Positions 1-12,558 of a stretch of 64,000 nt of DNA are shown in pieces; position 1 is the first letter of the stretch, and the number at the start of each line of letters is the position of its first letter. A model generated the notes under the pieces. The model did not search any database and had not been told where the DNA came from. It worked only from the letters and a program-made list of their open reading frames with translations. Origin of the DNA: Leptolyngbyaceae cyanobacterium (GTDB lineage Bacteria; Cyanobacteriota; Cyanobacteriia; Phormidesmidales; Phormidesmidaceae); assembly GCA_965263355.1 (NCBI GenBank), contig CBDHHL010000056.1:2048001-2112000 (forward strand), given 5' to 3'. The position numbers were made by a program, and so were the translations under genes.

Positions 1-772
1 TGGGACGTAAATCCGGAGGGATTACTGGGATGACATCCAAGACCATCCAATCTGGGCGGGAGCCGGTAGCAATAAAGTTATCGATCACGCGCAGACGTTT
101 GATCAACTTTGCTCGCTTCTGTCCCTTAGAATTATCAATATTTTCCCGCAGTTGCTCAGCGACTATTTCCAGTTCTAAATCTTGTAACAGTCGCTGCAGA
201 GCCTCCGCCCCGATACCAACCTCAATCCCAGAAAGATCGGATTCTTCATCATAAAGCTGATCTTCAAGCTCAATCCACTGGTCCTCTGTCAGCAATTGCT
301 TATAGCTAAGGCTTTCTGCATTACCTGCATCCAGAACAACATAGGCATTGAAATAGACAATCTGCTCCACATCCCTCAAGGGCATATCCAGCAAAATTGC
401 AATGTAGCTAGGAATACCCTTGAGATACCAAACATGAGCAACTGGAGCCGCTAATTTGATATACCCCATACGGTGACGACGTACTCGTGACTCAGTCACC
501 TCAACACCACAGCGCTCACAAACAATGCCACGATGACGTACCCGCTTGTACTTACCACAGTGACACTCCCAGTCCTTCGCAGGGCCAAAAATGCGTTCAC
601 AGAAAAGCCCATCCATTTCAGGCTTTAAGGTTCTGTAGTTAATCGTTTCCGGCTTGGTTACTTCACCAACCACTGTACCGTTGGGAAGCGTACGTTCACC
701 CCATTGGCGAATACGGTCAGGCGAAGCCAGGCCGATTTTGACATAGTCAAAGCGCTGTTCTAGTTTTGGCAT
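1..772 (-). CDS. rpoC1: RNA polymerase gamma subunit (5' part; runs off window start)
   Basis: Manual translation from ATG at 772: [32 protein letters not shown]...[25 protein letters not shown]; follows rpoB. Confidence 0.97.
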   Translation of the reverse strand, partial: MPKLEQRFDYVKIGLASPDRIRQWGERTLPNGTVVGEVTKPETINYRTLKPEMDGLFCERIFGPAKDWECHCGKYKRVRHRGIVCERCGVEVTESRVRRHRMGYIKLAAPVAHVWYLKGIPSYIAILLDMPLRDVEQIVYFNAYVVLDAGNAESLSYKQLLTEDQWIELEDQLYDEESDLSGIEVGIGAEALQRLLQDLELEIVAEQLRENIDNSKGQKRAKLIKRLRVIDNFIATGSRPDWMVLDVIPVIPPDLRP

Positions 773-944
773 TCTCTTGATTCCTTGTACACGGCCTATA
801 CATCAGGACATAGTTTTGGCTTGAAAATCGATAAAAAGTATGCTTTTCACCGATTCTGAGGCGATCGCAACAGCATTCAGTTTATTGTTAGTTGCTTGAA
901 ATACTGCTTCAAACAAACGACCAAACACTTAGTTATTCAAACGG

Positions 945-3900
945 CTACAGTGGTGGCTCTTCAAGACCAGGAGCGGGAGTAGGAGCAGCGGCTGGGACAG
1001 CAGCAGGTGGCTCCTCCGGAGCCGCCTCATCTCGCGAAATCGATTCATAGGTAGGTCGTGATGGTGACCGTCGATTTACAGAATCGGACATCAAATCAAC
1101 TTCTACATCGCGACTGGTCCCATCCTCCTGAGTTTCGAGCTTATGCACCGCAATGTCTAAACATAAGGACTGGAGTTCACGCATGAGTACCTTAAAGGAC
1201 TCGGGTGTACCGGGACGAGGAATGGCCTTACCTTTGACAATTGCATTAAGGGCTTCATTACGTCCCTGCATGTCATCAGATTTTACCGTTAGCAATTCCT
1301 GCAAAGTATACGCAGCTCCAAATGCTTCAAGTGCCCAAACTTCCATTTCCCCAAAGCGCTGACCACCCTGTTGAGCCTTACCACCCAAAGGCTGCTGAGT
1401 CACCAGCGAGTAAGGACCAGTAGAACGAGCATGAATCTTGTCGTCCACCAGGTGAACTAACTTCAACATGTAAGGTTTACCTACGGTCACAGGCCGATCA
1501 AACGGCTCACCAGTACGGCCATCGTAGAGCTGAATTTTGCCTGGATCATCGGGGTTAAATACCCAGTCTTCGCCTCTGGCATCCCGCGCATCTTGCATTT
1601 TGCCATGGGTGGTTTCCATAGATGCTTCACTACCGTACATCTCGTCAAAGGGCGTAATCTTAAAGCGGGCATTGAGATTTTCTCCAGCCCACCCCAACAA
1701 ACACTCAAATACCTGCCCCACATTCATACGAGACGGCACACCTAGGGGATTGAGCACGATATCAATCGGAGTACCATCAGGGAGATAGGGCATATCTTCA
1801 ATGGGCAAAATCCGGGAGATGATGCCTTTATTGCCATGGCGACCAGCCATCTTGTCACCCACCTGGATCTTGCGCTTTTGAGCCACGTAAACACGCACCA
1901 CCATGTTGGCACCAGGGGGAAGTTCATCTCCTTGCTCTCGGGTAAAGACGCGCACATCAACGACGCGCCCCTTCTCACCGTTAGGCACCCGCAAAGAATT
2001 ATCCCTAACGTCTCGAGCTTTTTCTCCAAAGATGGCCCGCAGTAATTTTTCTTCTGGAGGTTGGTCGGACTCACCTTTGGGTGTGACCTTACCCACCAAG
2101 ATGTCACCGGACGTTACCCAAGCTCCAATCCGGATAATGCCGGTCTCGTCGAGCTGTCGCAGGGCATCTTCACCGACGTTGGGAATTTCACGGGTAATTT
2201 CTTCAGGACCTAGTTTGGTCTGACGCGCCTCAATTTCAAATTTCTCGATATGAATAGACGTATAGAGATCGTGAAAGACCAATCGCTCACTGAGCAGAAT
2301 AGCATCTTCATAGTTGTAGCCCTCCCAAGGCATATAGGCTACTAAGACATTCTGGCCCAAAGCAATTTCGCCACCTTCGGTAGCTGAACCATCCGCCAAA
2401 ACTTGCCCTTTGACGACCTTGTCTCCAGAAAATATGAGTGGTCGCTGGTTTAAGCAGGTATCTTGGTTGGAGCGCTGATACTTCTGTAACTCCTGAGCGT
2501 ATTCCTTGCCATCCTTATCGGTAACCACCACCCGCTTGGCATCCAAAAATGTCACTTCACCATCAACGGGACTGACCACCACCATGCCAGAGTCCCGTGC
2601 AGCTTGGGCCTCAAGGCCAGTACCAACCAAGGGACGCTCCGGACGCAGCAGGGGAACGGCTTGACGTTGCATATTCGATCCCATCAGAGCGCGGTTAGCA
2701 TCATCATGCTCTAGAAAGGGAATCAGAGACGTCGCCACCGAAATAATTTGCACTGGCGACACGGCCACATAGTCTACCTCAGCTGGCGAAGTAGAAATAA
2801 AGTCCTGACGATACCTGACTGGAACTGACTCTCCGACGATATTGCCATCATGGTCAACGGGTACATCCCCCGGTGCCACGCGAAAATCGTCCTCCTCATC
2901 AGCCGTCATATATGCTGACGCTAAATCCTTACGAATACGACCATTGTCCACTTGGAAAAAGGGCGTTTCAATAAACCCAAAGTCATTGACTCGGGCATGG
3001 GTAGCCAAGGAACCAATTAATCCTGCATTGGGACCTTCAGGGGTTTCGATTGGACAAATGCGACCGTGGTGGGAGGGATGAATATCTCGCACCGCGAAAC
3101 CAGCTCGCTCACGGGTCAAACCACCTGGCCCAAGGGCGCTAATACGGCGCTTATGGGTAAGCTCAGCCAATGGATTGGTTTGGTCCATAAACTGAGATAG
3201 CTGACTAGACCCAAAGAATTCTTTAATTGCAGCCACCAAGGGTTTAGGGTTAACCAATGAGGCAGGCGTTAGAGAATCAGCATCAGAAACGGTCATCCGC
3301 TCACGGATAATTCGCTCCAAACGATTTAGACCGACACGCACCTGGTTCTGCAATAGCTCACCAACGGACCGAACACGACGGTTACCCAAGTGATCGATGT
3401 CGTCAATGATACCAATGTCAAACTCTAAGTTAATCAGATAGTCGATGGCCGCCAAAACGTCTTGAGGAGTAAGCACCCGTACAGCATCAGGCACATTCAA
3501 ACGCAACTTACGGTTGAGCTTATATCGACCCACCTTACCTAGATCGTAACGCTTGGGGTCAAAGAAGCGTGAGTGCAACAGCTGTTGCCCACCGGAAACC
3601 GTGGGAGGTTCACCAGGACGCAGCTTCCGATACAGTTCTAAAAGCGCTTCTTCTTCGCTAAATTGCCCTTCTTTTTCAATTGTTTTTTGAAAGTATTCGG
3701 GATGACGCAGGGAGTCAAAAATCTCACTATCACTTAAGCCCAAAGCTTTGAAAAGGACCTGAGCAGAAAGCTTACGGGTTTTATCAATGCGAACCCAAAC
3801 CAGATCATTTTTGTCGGTTTCAAACTTTAGCCAGGCACCTCGGTTAGGAATCAGATTAGCATTGTAGGTACGACGACCATGCTTATCGGTTTCAGCCTTA

Positions 3901-4304
3901 TAGTAAACACCGGGACTACGGACGATCTGGTTCACGATCACCCGTTCAGCACCGTTGATAATGAAGGTGCCGCGATCAGTCATCAATGGTAAATCACCAA
4001 TAAAGACTTCTTGCTCCTTAATTTCCCCAGTTTCTTTATTAATCAGACGCGTCGGCACATACATCTGCACCGAATAAGTACTATCACGACGTTTTGCCTC
4101 GTCGACCATATATTTGGGGCTTTTGAGCTTATAATCCTTACCAAGGAAATGTAACTCTAGCTTCCCTGTATAGTCGGTAATCGGAGAGAAACTCTCAAGC
4201 TCTTCAATTAAGCCTTCTTGTAGAAACCAGCGAAAACTAGAACGCTGAATTTCGACTAAATCAGGTAGTACAAAGGAGGATTGGGAAATGGTTAGGTCAG
4301 TCAT
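945..4304 (-). CDS. rpoB: RNA polymerase beta subunit
   Basis: [12 protein letters not shown] and [15 protein letters not shown] motifs; start placed at MTDL. Confidence 0.99.
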   Translation of the reverse strand: MTDLTISQSSFVLPDLVEIQRSSFRWFLQEGLIEELESFSPITDYTGKLELHFLGKDYKLKSPKYMVDEAKRRDSTYSVQMYVPTRLINKETGEIKEQEVFIGDLPLMTDRGTFIINGAERVIVNQIVRSPGVYYKAETDKHGRRTYNANLIPNRGAWLKFETDKNDLVWVRIDKTRKLSAQVLFKALGLSDSEIFDSLRHPEYFQKTIEKEGQFSEEEALLELYRKLRPGEPPTVSGGQQLLHSRFFDPKRYDLGKVGRYKLNRKLRLNVPDAVRVLTPQDVLAAIDYLINLEFDIGIIDDIDHLGNRRVRSVGELLQNQVRVGLNRLERIIRERMTVSDADSLTPASLVNPKPLVAAIKEFFGSSQLSQFMDQTNPLAELTHKRRISALGPGGLTRERAGFAVRDIHPSHHGRICPIETPEGPNAGLIGSLATHARVNDFGFIETPFFQVDNGRIRKDLASAYMTADEEDDFRVAPGDVPVDHDGNIVGESVPVRYRQDFISTSPAEVDYVAVSPVQIISVATSLIPFLEHDDANRALMGSNMQRQAVPLLRPERPLVGTGLEAQAARDSGMVVVSPVDGEVTFLDAKRVVVTDKDGKEYAQELQKYQRSNQDTCLNQRPLIFSGDKVVKGQVLADGSATEGGEIALGQNVLVAYMPWEGYNYEDAILLSERLVFHDLYTSIHIEKFEIEARQTKLGPEEITREIPNVGEDALRQLDETGIIRIGAWVTSGDILVGKVTPKGESDQPPEEKLLRAIFGEKARDVRDNSLRVPNGEKGRVVDVRVFTREQGDELPPGANMVVRVYVAQKRKIQVGDKMAGRHGNKGIISRILPIEDMPYLPDGTPIDIVLNPLGVPSRMNVGQVFECLLGWAGENLNARFKITPFDEMYGSEASMETTHGKMQDARDARGEDWVFNPDDPGKIQLYDGRTGEPFDRPVTVGKPYMLKLVHLVDDKIHARSTGPYSLVTQQPLGGKAQQGGQRFGEMEVWALEAFGAAYTLQELLTVKSDDMQGRNEALNAIVKGKAIPRPGTPESFKVLMRELQSLCLDIAVHKLETQEDGTSRDVEVDLMSDSVNRRSPSRPTYESISRDEAAPEEPPAAVPAAAPTPAPGLEEPPL

Positions 4305-4760
4305 TCGTCTCCTCAAGCAGCAGGGTCGGGCCTAAATTAAACGGGGGGTTAAACAGAAATTTAAGACGTCTGGGCTAAATTTCTTCAACAGAGATAAGTT
4401 ACAAACACAAGAACGACCACACCTCCCAAATGGGCAATGTAGCCAAACTAATACTTTGCAGGTTTTTTGCTAGCATCCAATAGCTAAAATGGGCACGGTG
4501 GGCAATGTTCAAACGCAACCGTCAGGCACCAACGTTATGAATAGAATGAGTGCAAGAGCTGAGCCAGCTGGCTACCGTAAGGCTAACGCATGGCCGAGGT
4601 AGTATATCACAAATCAGCAGTTAATTTTAATTTTCTTGTCACTTTTTTGTCACTTTGCATTTTACTGAACGGTTTAGTAACAGGTAGATCGCCTTTGGTA
4701 ACAGTTCACCCACCAATTAAGTAGGTACAATCCGTATCACCATGTAATTTTTGCTCGATT

Positions 4761-5570
4761 TTAACTACCTGACACACTTGTAAACGAAGCATCAGGAAGT
4801 TTAAACAAGGTTCTAGCATTAGCTGTGGTCTGAGCCGCTAAGGATTCTAAGGAAACGCCTCGCAGGTTGGCTACAAATTCAGCCACGTGCAAGACATTGG
4901 CAGGCTGGTTACGCTTCTCTTTACGTTTCGGCACTGGAGACAGAAATGGACAGTCGGTCTCAACCAGAATGCGATCGCACCCCACCATTTGAGCCGATGC
5001 CTGCACCTGCTTAGCACTCTTAAATGTGACGATACCGCTAAAGCTAATGTAGAAGCCCAAATCCAAAAACCACTGAGTTTCCTCAGGTGCTCCTGTCCAG
5101 CAATGCATAACACCCCGTACAGGTCCATGCTCTTGCCAGAACGATTGCAGCACTTCACGCATGGTCACCGCCGCATCCCGACAATGAATGATCACCGGCA
5201 AGTCTAAACTCTGGGCAACGGCCAGTTGAGCCCGAAACGCTTCGATTTGACAAGCCTGGTCATCGGCCTTAAAGAAATCTAATCCAGTTTCCCCAATGGC
5301 TACAACCCGCTCATCTGACATGGCCAACTGTCGAATTCGCCCCGCCAACTCTGGCGTCCACTTATCCATGTCTAACGGGTGTAAACCAACAGCAAATGAA
5401 ACCTCATCAAATCGATCAGCAATGGCTCGAATAGCATCAAACTCCGATGGCTCAACACAAGAGTGAACAAGATGGGCAACACCTGCCTGGCGCCAGGCAG
5501 AAGCAACATCATCTAAGTCAGCTTGAAAACTATCAAAGTTAATGTGGACGTGGGTATCAACCAGCTTCAT
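4761..5570 (-). CDS. tatD: TatD family hydrolase/DNase
   Basis: [24 protein letters not shown] motifs; typical rpsT-tatD-rpoB order. Confidence 0.95.
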   Translation of the reverse strand: MKLVDTHVHINFDSFQADLDDVASAWRQAGVAHLVHSCVEPSEFDAIRAIADRFDEVSFAVGLHPLDMDKWTPELAGRIRQLAMSDERVVAIGETGLDFFKADDQACQIEAFRAQLAVAQSLDLPVIIHCRDAAVTMREVLQSFWQEHGPVRGVMHCWTGAPEETQWFLDLGFYISFSGIVTFKSAKQVQASAQMVGCDRILVETDCPFLSPVPKRKEKRNQPANVLHVAEFVANLRGVSLESLAAQTTANARTLFKLPDASFTSVSGS

Positions 5571-5575
5571 GGAAC

Positions 5576-5869
5576 CTATGAAGCAGCTTCGTGCTTTTTA
5601 AGAGCGTGGGAAATCTTAGACTTTCGACGGGCCGCTGCATTTTTATGGATACTGCCACGTTTGACCGCCTTGTCAATCTTACTAAAGGCTGCCGACATTG
5701 ATACATCAACAGCCTGCTTGTTTTCGTCAGACGGATCCTTAGCATACTCACCCAAAGCAGCAAAGTAAGTTTTGGTGAGGGTCTTAACCGCCGATTTGTA
5801 GGACTTATTTCGTAGACGATTGCGCTCCGCAACTTGGATGCGCTTCATCGCAGATTTAATGTTTGCCAC
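5576..5869 (-). CDS. rpsT: 30S ribosomal protein S20
   Basis: [10 protein letters not shown]...[20 protein letters not shown]. Confidence 0.98.
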   Translation of the reverse strand: MANIKSAMKRIQVAERNRLRNKSYKSAVKTLTKTYFAALGEYAKDPSDENKQAVDVSMSAAFSKIDKAVKRGSIHKNAAARRKSKISHALKKHEAAS

Positions 5870-6032
5870 TAGTTACCAGGGTAATTTTTTGTCAGGGTCT
5901 AGAATTATAGCATTAAATACCCTTTACAAGCACTTGAATTATCATATTTTAGTTGGTCTATCCGACTGCCCCTAAACTAATCCACGCTAAGCTATAACAG
6001 ACATACTCCTCCCACCCTCGCTACCCGCCTCA

Positions 6033-7325
6033 ATGTTGCGAACTTTGTACAAGCTCAGCGAAGCGCAGGCTGAACTCCAGCGTATTTGCGATCGCATCCA
6101 CACAGACCAAGTGGTTGAGCAAGAAGCCACCGTTCGAGAAATCCTCAACGCCGTTCGGCGTTCAGGGGATGAGGCTCTTTTGCATTACACCGCAAAATTT
6201 GACCAACAAACCCTAACGGCTGACACCTTACGCATCAGTGGTGCAGAAGTTGATACCGCCTACCAACAGGTTTCCGGTGAATTGCTCAATGCTATCCGTC
6301 TTGCCTGCAACAATGTCAAATCCTTTCATCAGCAGCGACTACCCAAAAACTGGGTCACCTTTGAAGAAAATGGTGTTGTCCTCGGCAAGCGCTACACGCC
6401 CATAGCCCGTGCTGGCATTTATGTACCCGGTGGTCGAGCCGCCTATCCCAGCACAGTGATTATGAACGCGGTTCCGGCCCAGGTCGCTGGCGTTAACCAA
6501 TTAGTCATGGTCACTCCCACTCCCAAGGGCCACATCAACCCAGCTGTTTTGGTTGCGGCCCAAGAAGCAGGGGTGCAGGAAATTTATCGGATCGGTGGTG
6601 CCCAGGCCATTGCCGCCCTAGCCTATGGGACAGAAACGGTCCCCAAAGTAGATATCATTAGTGGCCCTGGCAACCTTTATGTCACCCTAGCTAAAAAGCA
6701 GGTCTATGGCACTGTCGGCATTGACTCATTGGCAGGTCCTTCTGAGGTCTTAATCATCGCCGACCATACGGCCAATCCTGTCCATGTGGCTGCTGATCTG
6801 TTGGCTCAGGCAGAGCATGACCCAATGGCCGCCGCTATTTTGTTAACCACTGATAGCATCTTGGCTGAAAAGGTCGTGATCGAAGTGGATCGTCAGCTAG
6901 CTGGACATCCTCGTCAAACTCTCACCGAAAAAGCCATTGCCCACTACGGCATTGTCATCGTCGTCGATTCCTTGGATATGGCAGCCCAGCTATCTAACCA
7001 GTTTGCCCCTGAACATCTAGAGCTAGAGGTCGATGACCCTTGGGCATTACTGGAACACATCACCCAGGCAGGGGCTATATTTCTTGGTCATGATACCCCC
7101 GAAGCAGTGGGCGACTACTTGGCCGGCCCCAACCATACTCTGCCTACTTCTGGAGCAGCCCGCTACGCCTCCCCCCTAAGTACTGAAACCTTTATGAAAC
7201 ACTCCAGCCTGATTCAATATTCAAAGTCGGCATTGGAGGATGTGGCAACAGCGATTGATGCGTTGACCAGCGCAGAAGGTTTACCTTCCCATGGGGATTC
7301 GGTAAGACTACGGGTAGAGGAATGA
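6033..7325 (+). CDS. hisD: Histidinol dehydrogenase
   Basis: YVPGGRAAYPS, GPGNLYV, AGPSEV, QAEHD, PEHLEL, GPNHTLPT. Confidence 0.97.
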   Translation: MLRTLYKLSEAQAELQRICDRIHTDQVVEQEATVREILNAVRRSGDEALLHYTAKFDQQTLTADTLRISGAEVDTAYQQVSGELLNAIRLACNNVKSFHQQRLPKNWVTFEENGVVLGKRYTPIARAGIYVPGGRAAYPSTVIMNAVPAQVAGVNQLVMVTPTPKGHINPAVLVAAQEAGVQEIYRIGGAQAIAALAYGTETVPKVDIISGPGNLYVTLAKKQVYGTVGIDSLAGPSEVLIIADHTANPVHVAADLLAQAEHDPMAAAILLTTDSILAEKVVIEVDRQLAGHPRQTLTEKAIAHYGIVIVVDSLDMAAQLSNQFAPEHLELEVDDPWALLEHITQAGAIFLGHDTPEAVGDYLAGPNHTLPTSGAARYASPLSTETFMKHSSLIQYSKSALEDVATAIDALTSAEGLPSHGDSVRLRVEE

Positions 7326-7422
7326 TACCGCCCTACAACCCTCATACTGTGTTCTCCCCACTAGTATAAGTGCAGCTCTTTGTTTGCAATCATAGGAAAT
7401 CCCCATGCAGCCTTACTCACTA

Positions 7423-7830
7423 TTAATCCAACTGTCTAGCTGCTTGACGGTCTTGGATTGCCAAGAATAACTGTAGCCTCAACAGGCTGGTCGTTTGAGC
7501 AATATTCAGCGGGAGAGTGGACACCCCTTCCAAGCGAGATTGAACCCAGCCATCGCCCCAATGCCATTCATGAAAGCCATCGACACCGCGATGGAGTAAA
7601 AAGCGAATTGAGGTGTCAGACAGGCTCGCAATGGTGTGATCGACACGAATCGGACCGACATAGCTGGAAAACGCTTGCCCTATCCATAGCGGCGTTTTGA
7701 AATCATCGGAAAACTGTTGAGGCCATAGCCATTGCCGCAGCTGGTCAGAATGGGTCAAACTTTTACGTAATTGTGCAACTGTCGCATCAATTTCAATGCG
7801 CAGAGTACTTTGCTGATAAATCCCAAACAT
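7423..7830 (-). CDS. Conserved hypothetical protein (possibly SRPBCC-like)
   Basis: ORF with plausible globular composition; start at MFGIYQQ assumed. Confidence 0.65.
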   Translation of the reverse strand: MFGIYQQSTLRIEIDATVAQLRKSLTHSDQLRQWLWPQQFSDDFKTPLWIGQAFSSYVGPIRVDHTIASLSDTSIRFLLHRGVDGFHEWHWGDGWVQSRLEGVSTLPLNIAQTTSLLRLQLFLAIQDRQAARQLD

Positions 7831-7902
7831 AACAACAACCTGACACGACAGCTCTACCACTACAATAATAGATATTAAGAACTGTCAGAACCAAGCAGAC
7901 CT

Positions 7903-8811
7903 ATGGCGGATCAGCTCATTCGAGCAATAGCAGCAGATGGCGGCATTAGAGTTGTTGGAGCCATCACTACACATTTAGTTGAAGAAGCTAGAACTCGCCA
8001 CAAACTTTCCTATGTTGCCACGGCAGCCCTAGGCAGAGCGCTAACGGCTGGAGCGCTCCTGGTTTCCAATATGAAGCGGGAAGACTCACGGGTTAATATT
8101 CAAATTCAGGGGGATGGTCCCCTGGGCGGCATCATGGTGGATGCCCGATTGAATGGCAATGTTCGGGGATATGTGGCTACTCCATCCGTGGAGTTACCCC
8201 CTAACGCCCAGGGCAAACTTGATGTCGGTACAGCGGTAGGACGCAATGGATATCTCTACGTCGTACGCGATTCAGGCATAGGCTATCCTTACTCTAGTAC
8301 AATTGAGCTAGTATCGGGAGAAATTGGCGAAGACCTGACCCAGTACCTAGCAACCTCAGAACAAACGCCCTCTGCCTTAGTTTTGGGGGTATTTGTCGAT
8401 CAAAACGGAGTGGAAGCAGCGGGTGGGTTGTTGCTTCAGGTGTTACCCAAGGCCTCCGATGATGAGGCCTTGATCTCTGCTTTAGAATCTCGCCTGGGAG
8501 CACTCACTGGATTTACCCCCATGCTGAGGGCGCAAAAAACGCTGCCCCAAATTTTTGCAGACCTGGTTGGGGATATGGGATTGCAAATTTTCCCAGAGAG
8601 TAAGCTATTGCGGTTTCACTGCCCCTGTGATGGCAACCGTATGCTATCGGCGCTCAAACTGCTGGGGGAAGAGGAACTGCAGGATATGATCGACAAACGC
8701 GAACCAGCAGAGGCTATCTGCCATTTTTGCGGTGATATCTATAAGACTGAATGCGATCGCTTAACCGAGCTGCTAGCAGAGCTAAAGATGGAGAATGCAA
8801 ATCGGGCATAG
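7903..8811 (+). CDS. hslO: Hsp33 redox-regulated chaperone
   Basis: SEQTPS, AAGGLLLQVLP, C-terminal CxC...CxxC zinc centre. Confidence 0.96.
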   Translation: MADQLIRAIAADGGIRVVGAITTHLVEEARTRHKLSYVATAALGRALTAGALLVSNMKREDSRVNIQIQGDGPLGGIMVDARLNGNVRGYVATPSVELPPNAQGKLDVGTAVGRNGYLYVVRDSGIGYPYSSTIELVSGEIGEDLTQYLATSEQTPSALVLGVFVDQNGVEAAGGLLLQVLPKASDDEALISALESRLGALTGFTPMLRAQKTLPQIFADLVGDMGLQIFPESKLLRFHCPCDGNRMLSALKLLGEEELQDMIDKREPAEAICHFCGDIYKTECDRLTELLAELKMENANRA

Positions 8812-8863
8812 AAGATAGCTACATGGGGAAGGGATTGGCTATAAAGAGCGAGTAGTCATAGAG

Positions 8864-10186
8864 CTATTTAGCCATGCGTTGGTAAGCGGCAGCGACAGCA
8901 TCGTCACCACCGACATTACCTGGGAAAAGTACCACGGGGAGCTGGGGAAACTTGGGGTGAGCGGCGCTAGTGGTCACCACTGAAACACCGGGAATCACCT
9001 GGCCTAAGAGTCTGGCAGAGGTGAGAGAGAGGCCTTTGCTCAAGGTATCGTTAGAGGTAATACCTCCTTTGCTAATGAGAAAACCCAGATCAGCAGGTAA
9101 CCCGCGAACAATCTCCATCAGCACGTTAGAAACAGATTCGCCAAAGGCTAAACGTGTTGCCCCATCCTCAAATGTCAGCTCTTGACGACTGGTGTAAATC
9201 ACAGCTGTTTGACCCTGGTGATAGATAGTTTGTACCAAGGCTAAGAGGTCAGCAACCATGGCTTTGACCTGGGTAGGATCGTCCTTTAATCGGGAGACGT
9301 CTACTTCTAAACCACTCACCCCTAGTTGTTGCAAGAGATACTCTAGCTGACGAGTTGTTTTTTGAACGTGGGAACCCACTAAAATCACACCGGGTTTATG
9401 ATTTCGAGTGTAGCGAGCCATATCAGCAGCGGCAATGGGCTGCTCAGGCAGTGCCGCCAACGATGTAAGTAAACTGGCAGCACTGCGAAAGAGAAATTTC
9501 TTACCCTGGGCCGCTGTTTCTAATAACGTCTGGCAAAAGTGATCTAGATCTGATTGTTGTTGAGCATCAACTGCGACACAAACATTACCACTCAGGGCCA
9601 TTAGTCGTTGTGTCATATCTTGTCGCAATACCTCCAGAGTGAATCGCTCTACCTGATCAGCAACAATCTCGCCAGCTGTCTTTTCAGCAACATAATCGGG
9701 CAAGTAGCTATGACGATAGCCAAAGACAGAATCGTTGGCAAACTCGGTTTTATGCACTGGAGTGCGCACACCCTCAGCTTCAATGTAGTGGGTACTGTCG
9801 AGAGTAATGCGACCAGCTTCAAAAAAGGCTGGCACCATAAAGTGGGCATCAAAAGGACCTAACTCTGAGGCAATCACATCGGTCTCCAGAGGATAGTGAC
9901 CTCGTAGGGTGGAATCCGAACGGCTGACGACTAAATACTCTTGGGTATCAGTTTCAATCAGCGCCTGTTTTAGATTATGACAAACGTCACGGATAGTACG
10001 CTCTGCTTCAGCTGGTGTGAGAGAACGGGTATTGGCCAGAATAAAGAAAATGGGAGAGTTGTCTAGTAGACCTTGCTTTAAGGTAGCGACATCCCATTTT
10101 AACAAAAGTAAGCAGCTATGAACTGTTTGGGAACCGGTGGGGTCGTCGTCGATAACAATAATTTTGGGGCGGTGGGAATTAGACAT
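8864..10186 (-). CDS. Four-carbon acid sugar kinase family protein
   Basis: DDDPTG, RSDSTLRGH, KGGITS, PGNVG motifs. Confidence 0.88.
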   Translation of the reverse strand: MSNSHRPKIIVIDDDPTGSQTVHSCLLLLKWDVATLKQGLLDNSPIFFILANTRSLTPAEAERTIRDVCHNLKQALIETDTQEYLVVSRSDSTLRGHYPLETDVIASELGPFDAHFMVPAFFEAGRITLDSTHYIEAEGVRTPVHKTEFANDSVFGYRHSYLPDYVAEKTAGEIVADQVERFTLEVLRQDMTQRLMALSGNVCVAVDAQQQSDLDHFCQTLLETAAQGKKFLFRSAASLLTSLAALPEQPIAAADMARYTRNHKPGVILVGSHVQKTTRQLEYLLQQLGVSGLEVDVSRLKDDPTQVKAMVADLLALVQTIYHQGQTAVIYTSRQELTFEDGATRLAFGESVSNVLMEIVRGLPADLGFLISKGGITSNDTLSKGLSLTSARLLGQVIPGVSVVTTSAAHPKFPQLPVVLFPGNVGGDDAVAAAYQRMAK

Positions 10187-10260
10187 GGGACACTAAAAAA
10201 GGGCAGATTTAACCTTGATGAAAGTGGTGGGTAGATGCCCACTCTAAGGGGTATTTGGAT

Positions 10261-11016
10261 TTATTTCGATGGGGGTTGAGCGGCTTTGAGGTTATCCAAT
10301 AGTTCACCAAAACTTTCGGGGGGAATACCAGGAGGGACCAGCAACCCACCCATTAGAAATGTGGGAGTACCGCGTAGTTTGAGCTGTTCCGCTAAGGCCA
10401 TATCTGAGTCTACGGCGGCTTGGGCAGTATCGCTGTTGCGATCGCGATTAAACTGCTCCATATCTAACCCTATTTGCTCAGCCAGCTCCACATAGAGTTT
10501 ATCCCCTAACCGATCTTGATTGGCAAACAGACCATTGTGATAGAGCCAAAACTGATCTTGTCGAGCAGCCGCCCATGACGCCTTAGACGCCGGTTCTGCC
10601 TCTGGGTGAATGCTATTGAGTGGAAAATGTTTATACACATACAGTACCTCATCCCCCCGTTCTTCAACAAAGTCCTTCATATGACCAGCGGCCACCGCAC
10701 AAAATGGACATTCAAAATCAGAGAACTTTACCACCACCACCTCAGCATTAGGATTACCCTTGGTCGGCGAATCCCCAATAAATGTGGCCCGATCTATTGA
10801 CGATAGCACCTGATTAACCTCATCTTGACGCGCTCTCCAATCCACTTCGGCAGCCTCAATCTCAGCCTGACTGGGGGTGGGTGCTTCTGCTTGCTGGGGT
10901 GCAGACGGCTGCTGATCAGTTGTATCCTGAGCTGAATCAGGCTTTGAAGTACAGCTAACCAACGCAAGCAGAGTCACAGTAGCAACTGTGCGCATCAAGA
11001 CATTTTTGAGTGCCAT
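10261..11016 (-). CDS. DsbA-family thioredoxin-fold lipoprotein
   Basis: Lipobox LVSC; FSDFECPFC; GTPTF. Confidence 0.88.
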   Translation of the reverse strand: MALKNVLMRTVATVTLLALVSCTSKPDSAQDTTDQQPSAPQQAEAPTPSQAEIEAAEVDWRARQDEVNQVLSSIDRATFIGDSPTKGNPNAEVVVVKFSDFECPFCAVAAGHMKDFVEERGDEVLYVYKHFPLNSIHPEAEPASKASWAAARQDQFWLYHNGLFANQDRLGDKLYVELAEQIGLDMEQFNRDRNSDTAQAAVDSDMALAEQLKLRGTPTFLMGGLLVPPGIPPESFGELLDNLKAAQPPSK

Positions 11017-11088
11017 GGGAAAGGCCTGATGGTAGGGACTCATTAACGCTAACACTTTGGTTTATGGTTGGGGAGAAAGACTCGGGAC

Positions 11089-12120
11089 ATGGATCGGATG
11101 AATGCCTTGCAACCAGCCAAACTATTAGTGACCTTAGGCGATATGGCGGGGATCGGGCCAGAGGTGGTGCTGAAGGCCTTACCGCTGGTGCAACCAGAGG
11201 CTGCTCAAATCACGTTAGTAGGGAATCAGCAGCAGCTAATTACGATTAGCAAACGTCTGGGCTTATCCCTGGTAGATTACCCCATAATTGATGTGCCATT
11301 AGCAGACGAACAGACCATTCGCATGGGTCATGGGGATGCGGCTAGTGGCGATCTGAGTTTTCGTAGTTTGCAAACAGCCATTAGTTACTGTCTTAAGGAC
11401 GGTTATGACGGTGTGGTCACTGCACCGATAGCAAAATCGGCCTGGCTAGCAGCAGGACACCATTATCCTGGACAGACTGAACTACTGGCAGAAATGTCTG
11501 GAGTAGACCGGTTTGGCATGTTGTTTGTGGCACGGTCCCCGATCACTGGTTGGACCTTGCGAACGCTATTAGCGACAACACATATTCCCTTACGACAGGT
11601 ACCAGAAGCATTAACGCCGACAGTAATGACCTTAAAGCTAGAACTACTGTTGGACTGTTTGGCACAGGATTTTGGCGTGCAGAAACCGAGGATAGCCATT
11701 GCTGGATTAAATCCCCACAGTGGAGAACAGGGTCAGTTGGGACGAGAAGAAGTGGACTGGCTAATTCCCTGGCTCAACACCCAACAACAACGATTTCCTG
11801 ATGCCATTTTAGATGGCCCCTTTCCCCCTGACACCCTGTGGGTGAGTCCAGCCCAGGCCTGGACCCAGGCTGAACGCCAAGCCCACCAAGGGTATTTGGC
11901 CCTGTACCATGACCAAGGGTTAATCCCCGTGAAAATGTTGGCCTTTGACCAGGCTGTCAATACCACCATTGGCCTACCCTTTATTCGCACCTCCCCTGAC
12001 CATGGCACTGCGTTTGACATAGCGGGTCAAGGTATAGCTAGACCGGACAGCATGGTGGCTGCCATCAATTTGGCCATTGACCTGGCAACGCAACGGCAGT
12101 TAAATTGCCGCCATGTATAA
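11089..12120 (+). CDS. pdxA: 4-hydroxythreonine-4-phosphate dehydrogenase
   Basis: [42 protein letters not shown]; start uncertain. Confidence 0.95.
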   Translation: MDRMNALQPAKLLVTLGDMAGIGPEVVLKALPLVQPEAAQITLVGNQQQLITISKRLGLSLVDYPIIDVPLADEQTIRMGHGDAASGDLSFRSLQTAISYCLKDGYDGVVTAPIAKSAWLAAGHHYPGQTELLAEMSGVDRFGMLFVARSPITGWTLRTLLATTHIPLRQVPEALTPTVMTLKLELLLDCLAQDFGVQKPRIAIAGLNPHSGEQGQLGREEVDWLIPWLNTQQQRFPDAILDGPFPPDTLWVSPAQAWTQAERQAHQGYLALYHDQGLIPVKMLAFDQAVNTTIGLPFIRTSPDHGTAFDIAGQGIARPDSMVAAINLAIDLATQRQLNCRHV

Positions 12121-12334
12121 ACTTATCGTGTGTTAAAAAAAGCACATGAGATTATGGTAATCATCAGTCATTTCTCAGGACTTTCCAGCCAAGTGTCAGG
12201 TACAGACACATATTGTTTTGTGAATCTCACATGTATATAAAAAAACCTTCAAAATCATGAAAATTAGGTGGTTCAAAAGTAGATTTGATTTGTACAATAG
12301 CCAGTGACATACAAGTTTTGTTTCAAGGAACCTC

Positions 12335-12361
12335 GGGGGGCTATTTGCCCCCCCTTTTTTT
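12335..12361 (+). terminator. Rho-independent terminator
   Basis: GGGGGGC-TATTT-GCCCCCC hairpin followed by T7. Confidence 0.8.
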
Positions 12362-12558
12362 AGCTGTTGTAGAAACTACTCAGGAATTTACGGACCCCAA
12401 TGGGTTCCGAGGCTTAATGGACAAGGTAGCTTAACGTCCTTAATTACACTCATTTTGCTTTCAAGCTGTAACATGACGGGTCAACCTGAACTTAAACCTT
12501 ATCCACGTCCAGCGTAGTCCTTTTTCCGGTGACTAATCTACAGGTTTGAACTTGAGCT

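Noticed and set aside
1153..3081. Short ORFs overlapping rpoB (and similar shadow ORFs in typA, prlC, ftsY, recQ)
   Set aside because: These are antisense or alternative-frame by-products of long conserved genes.
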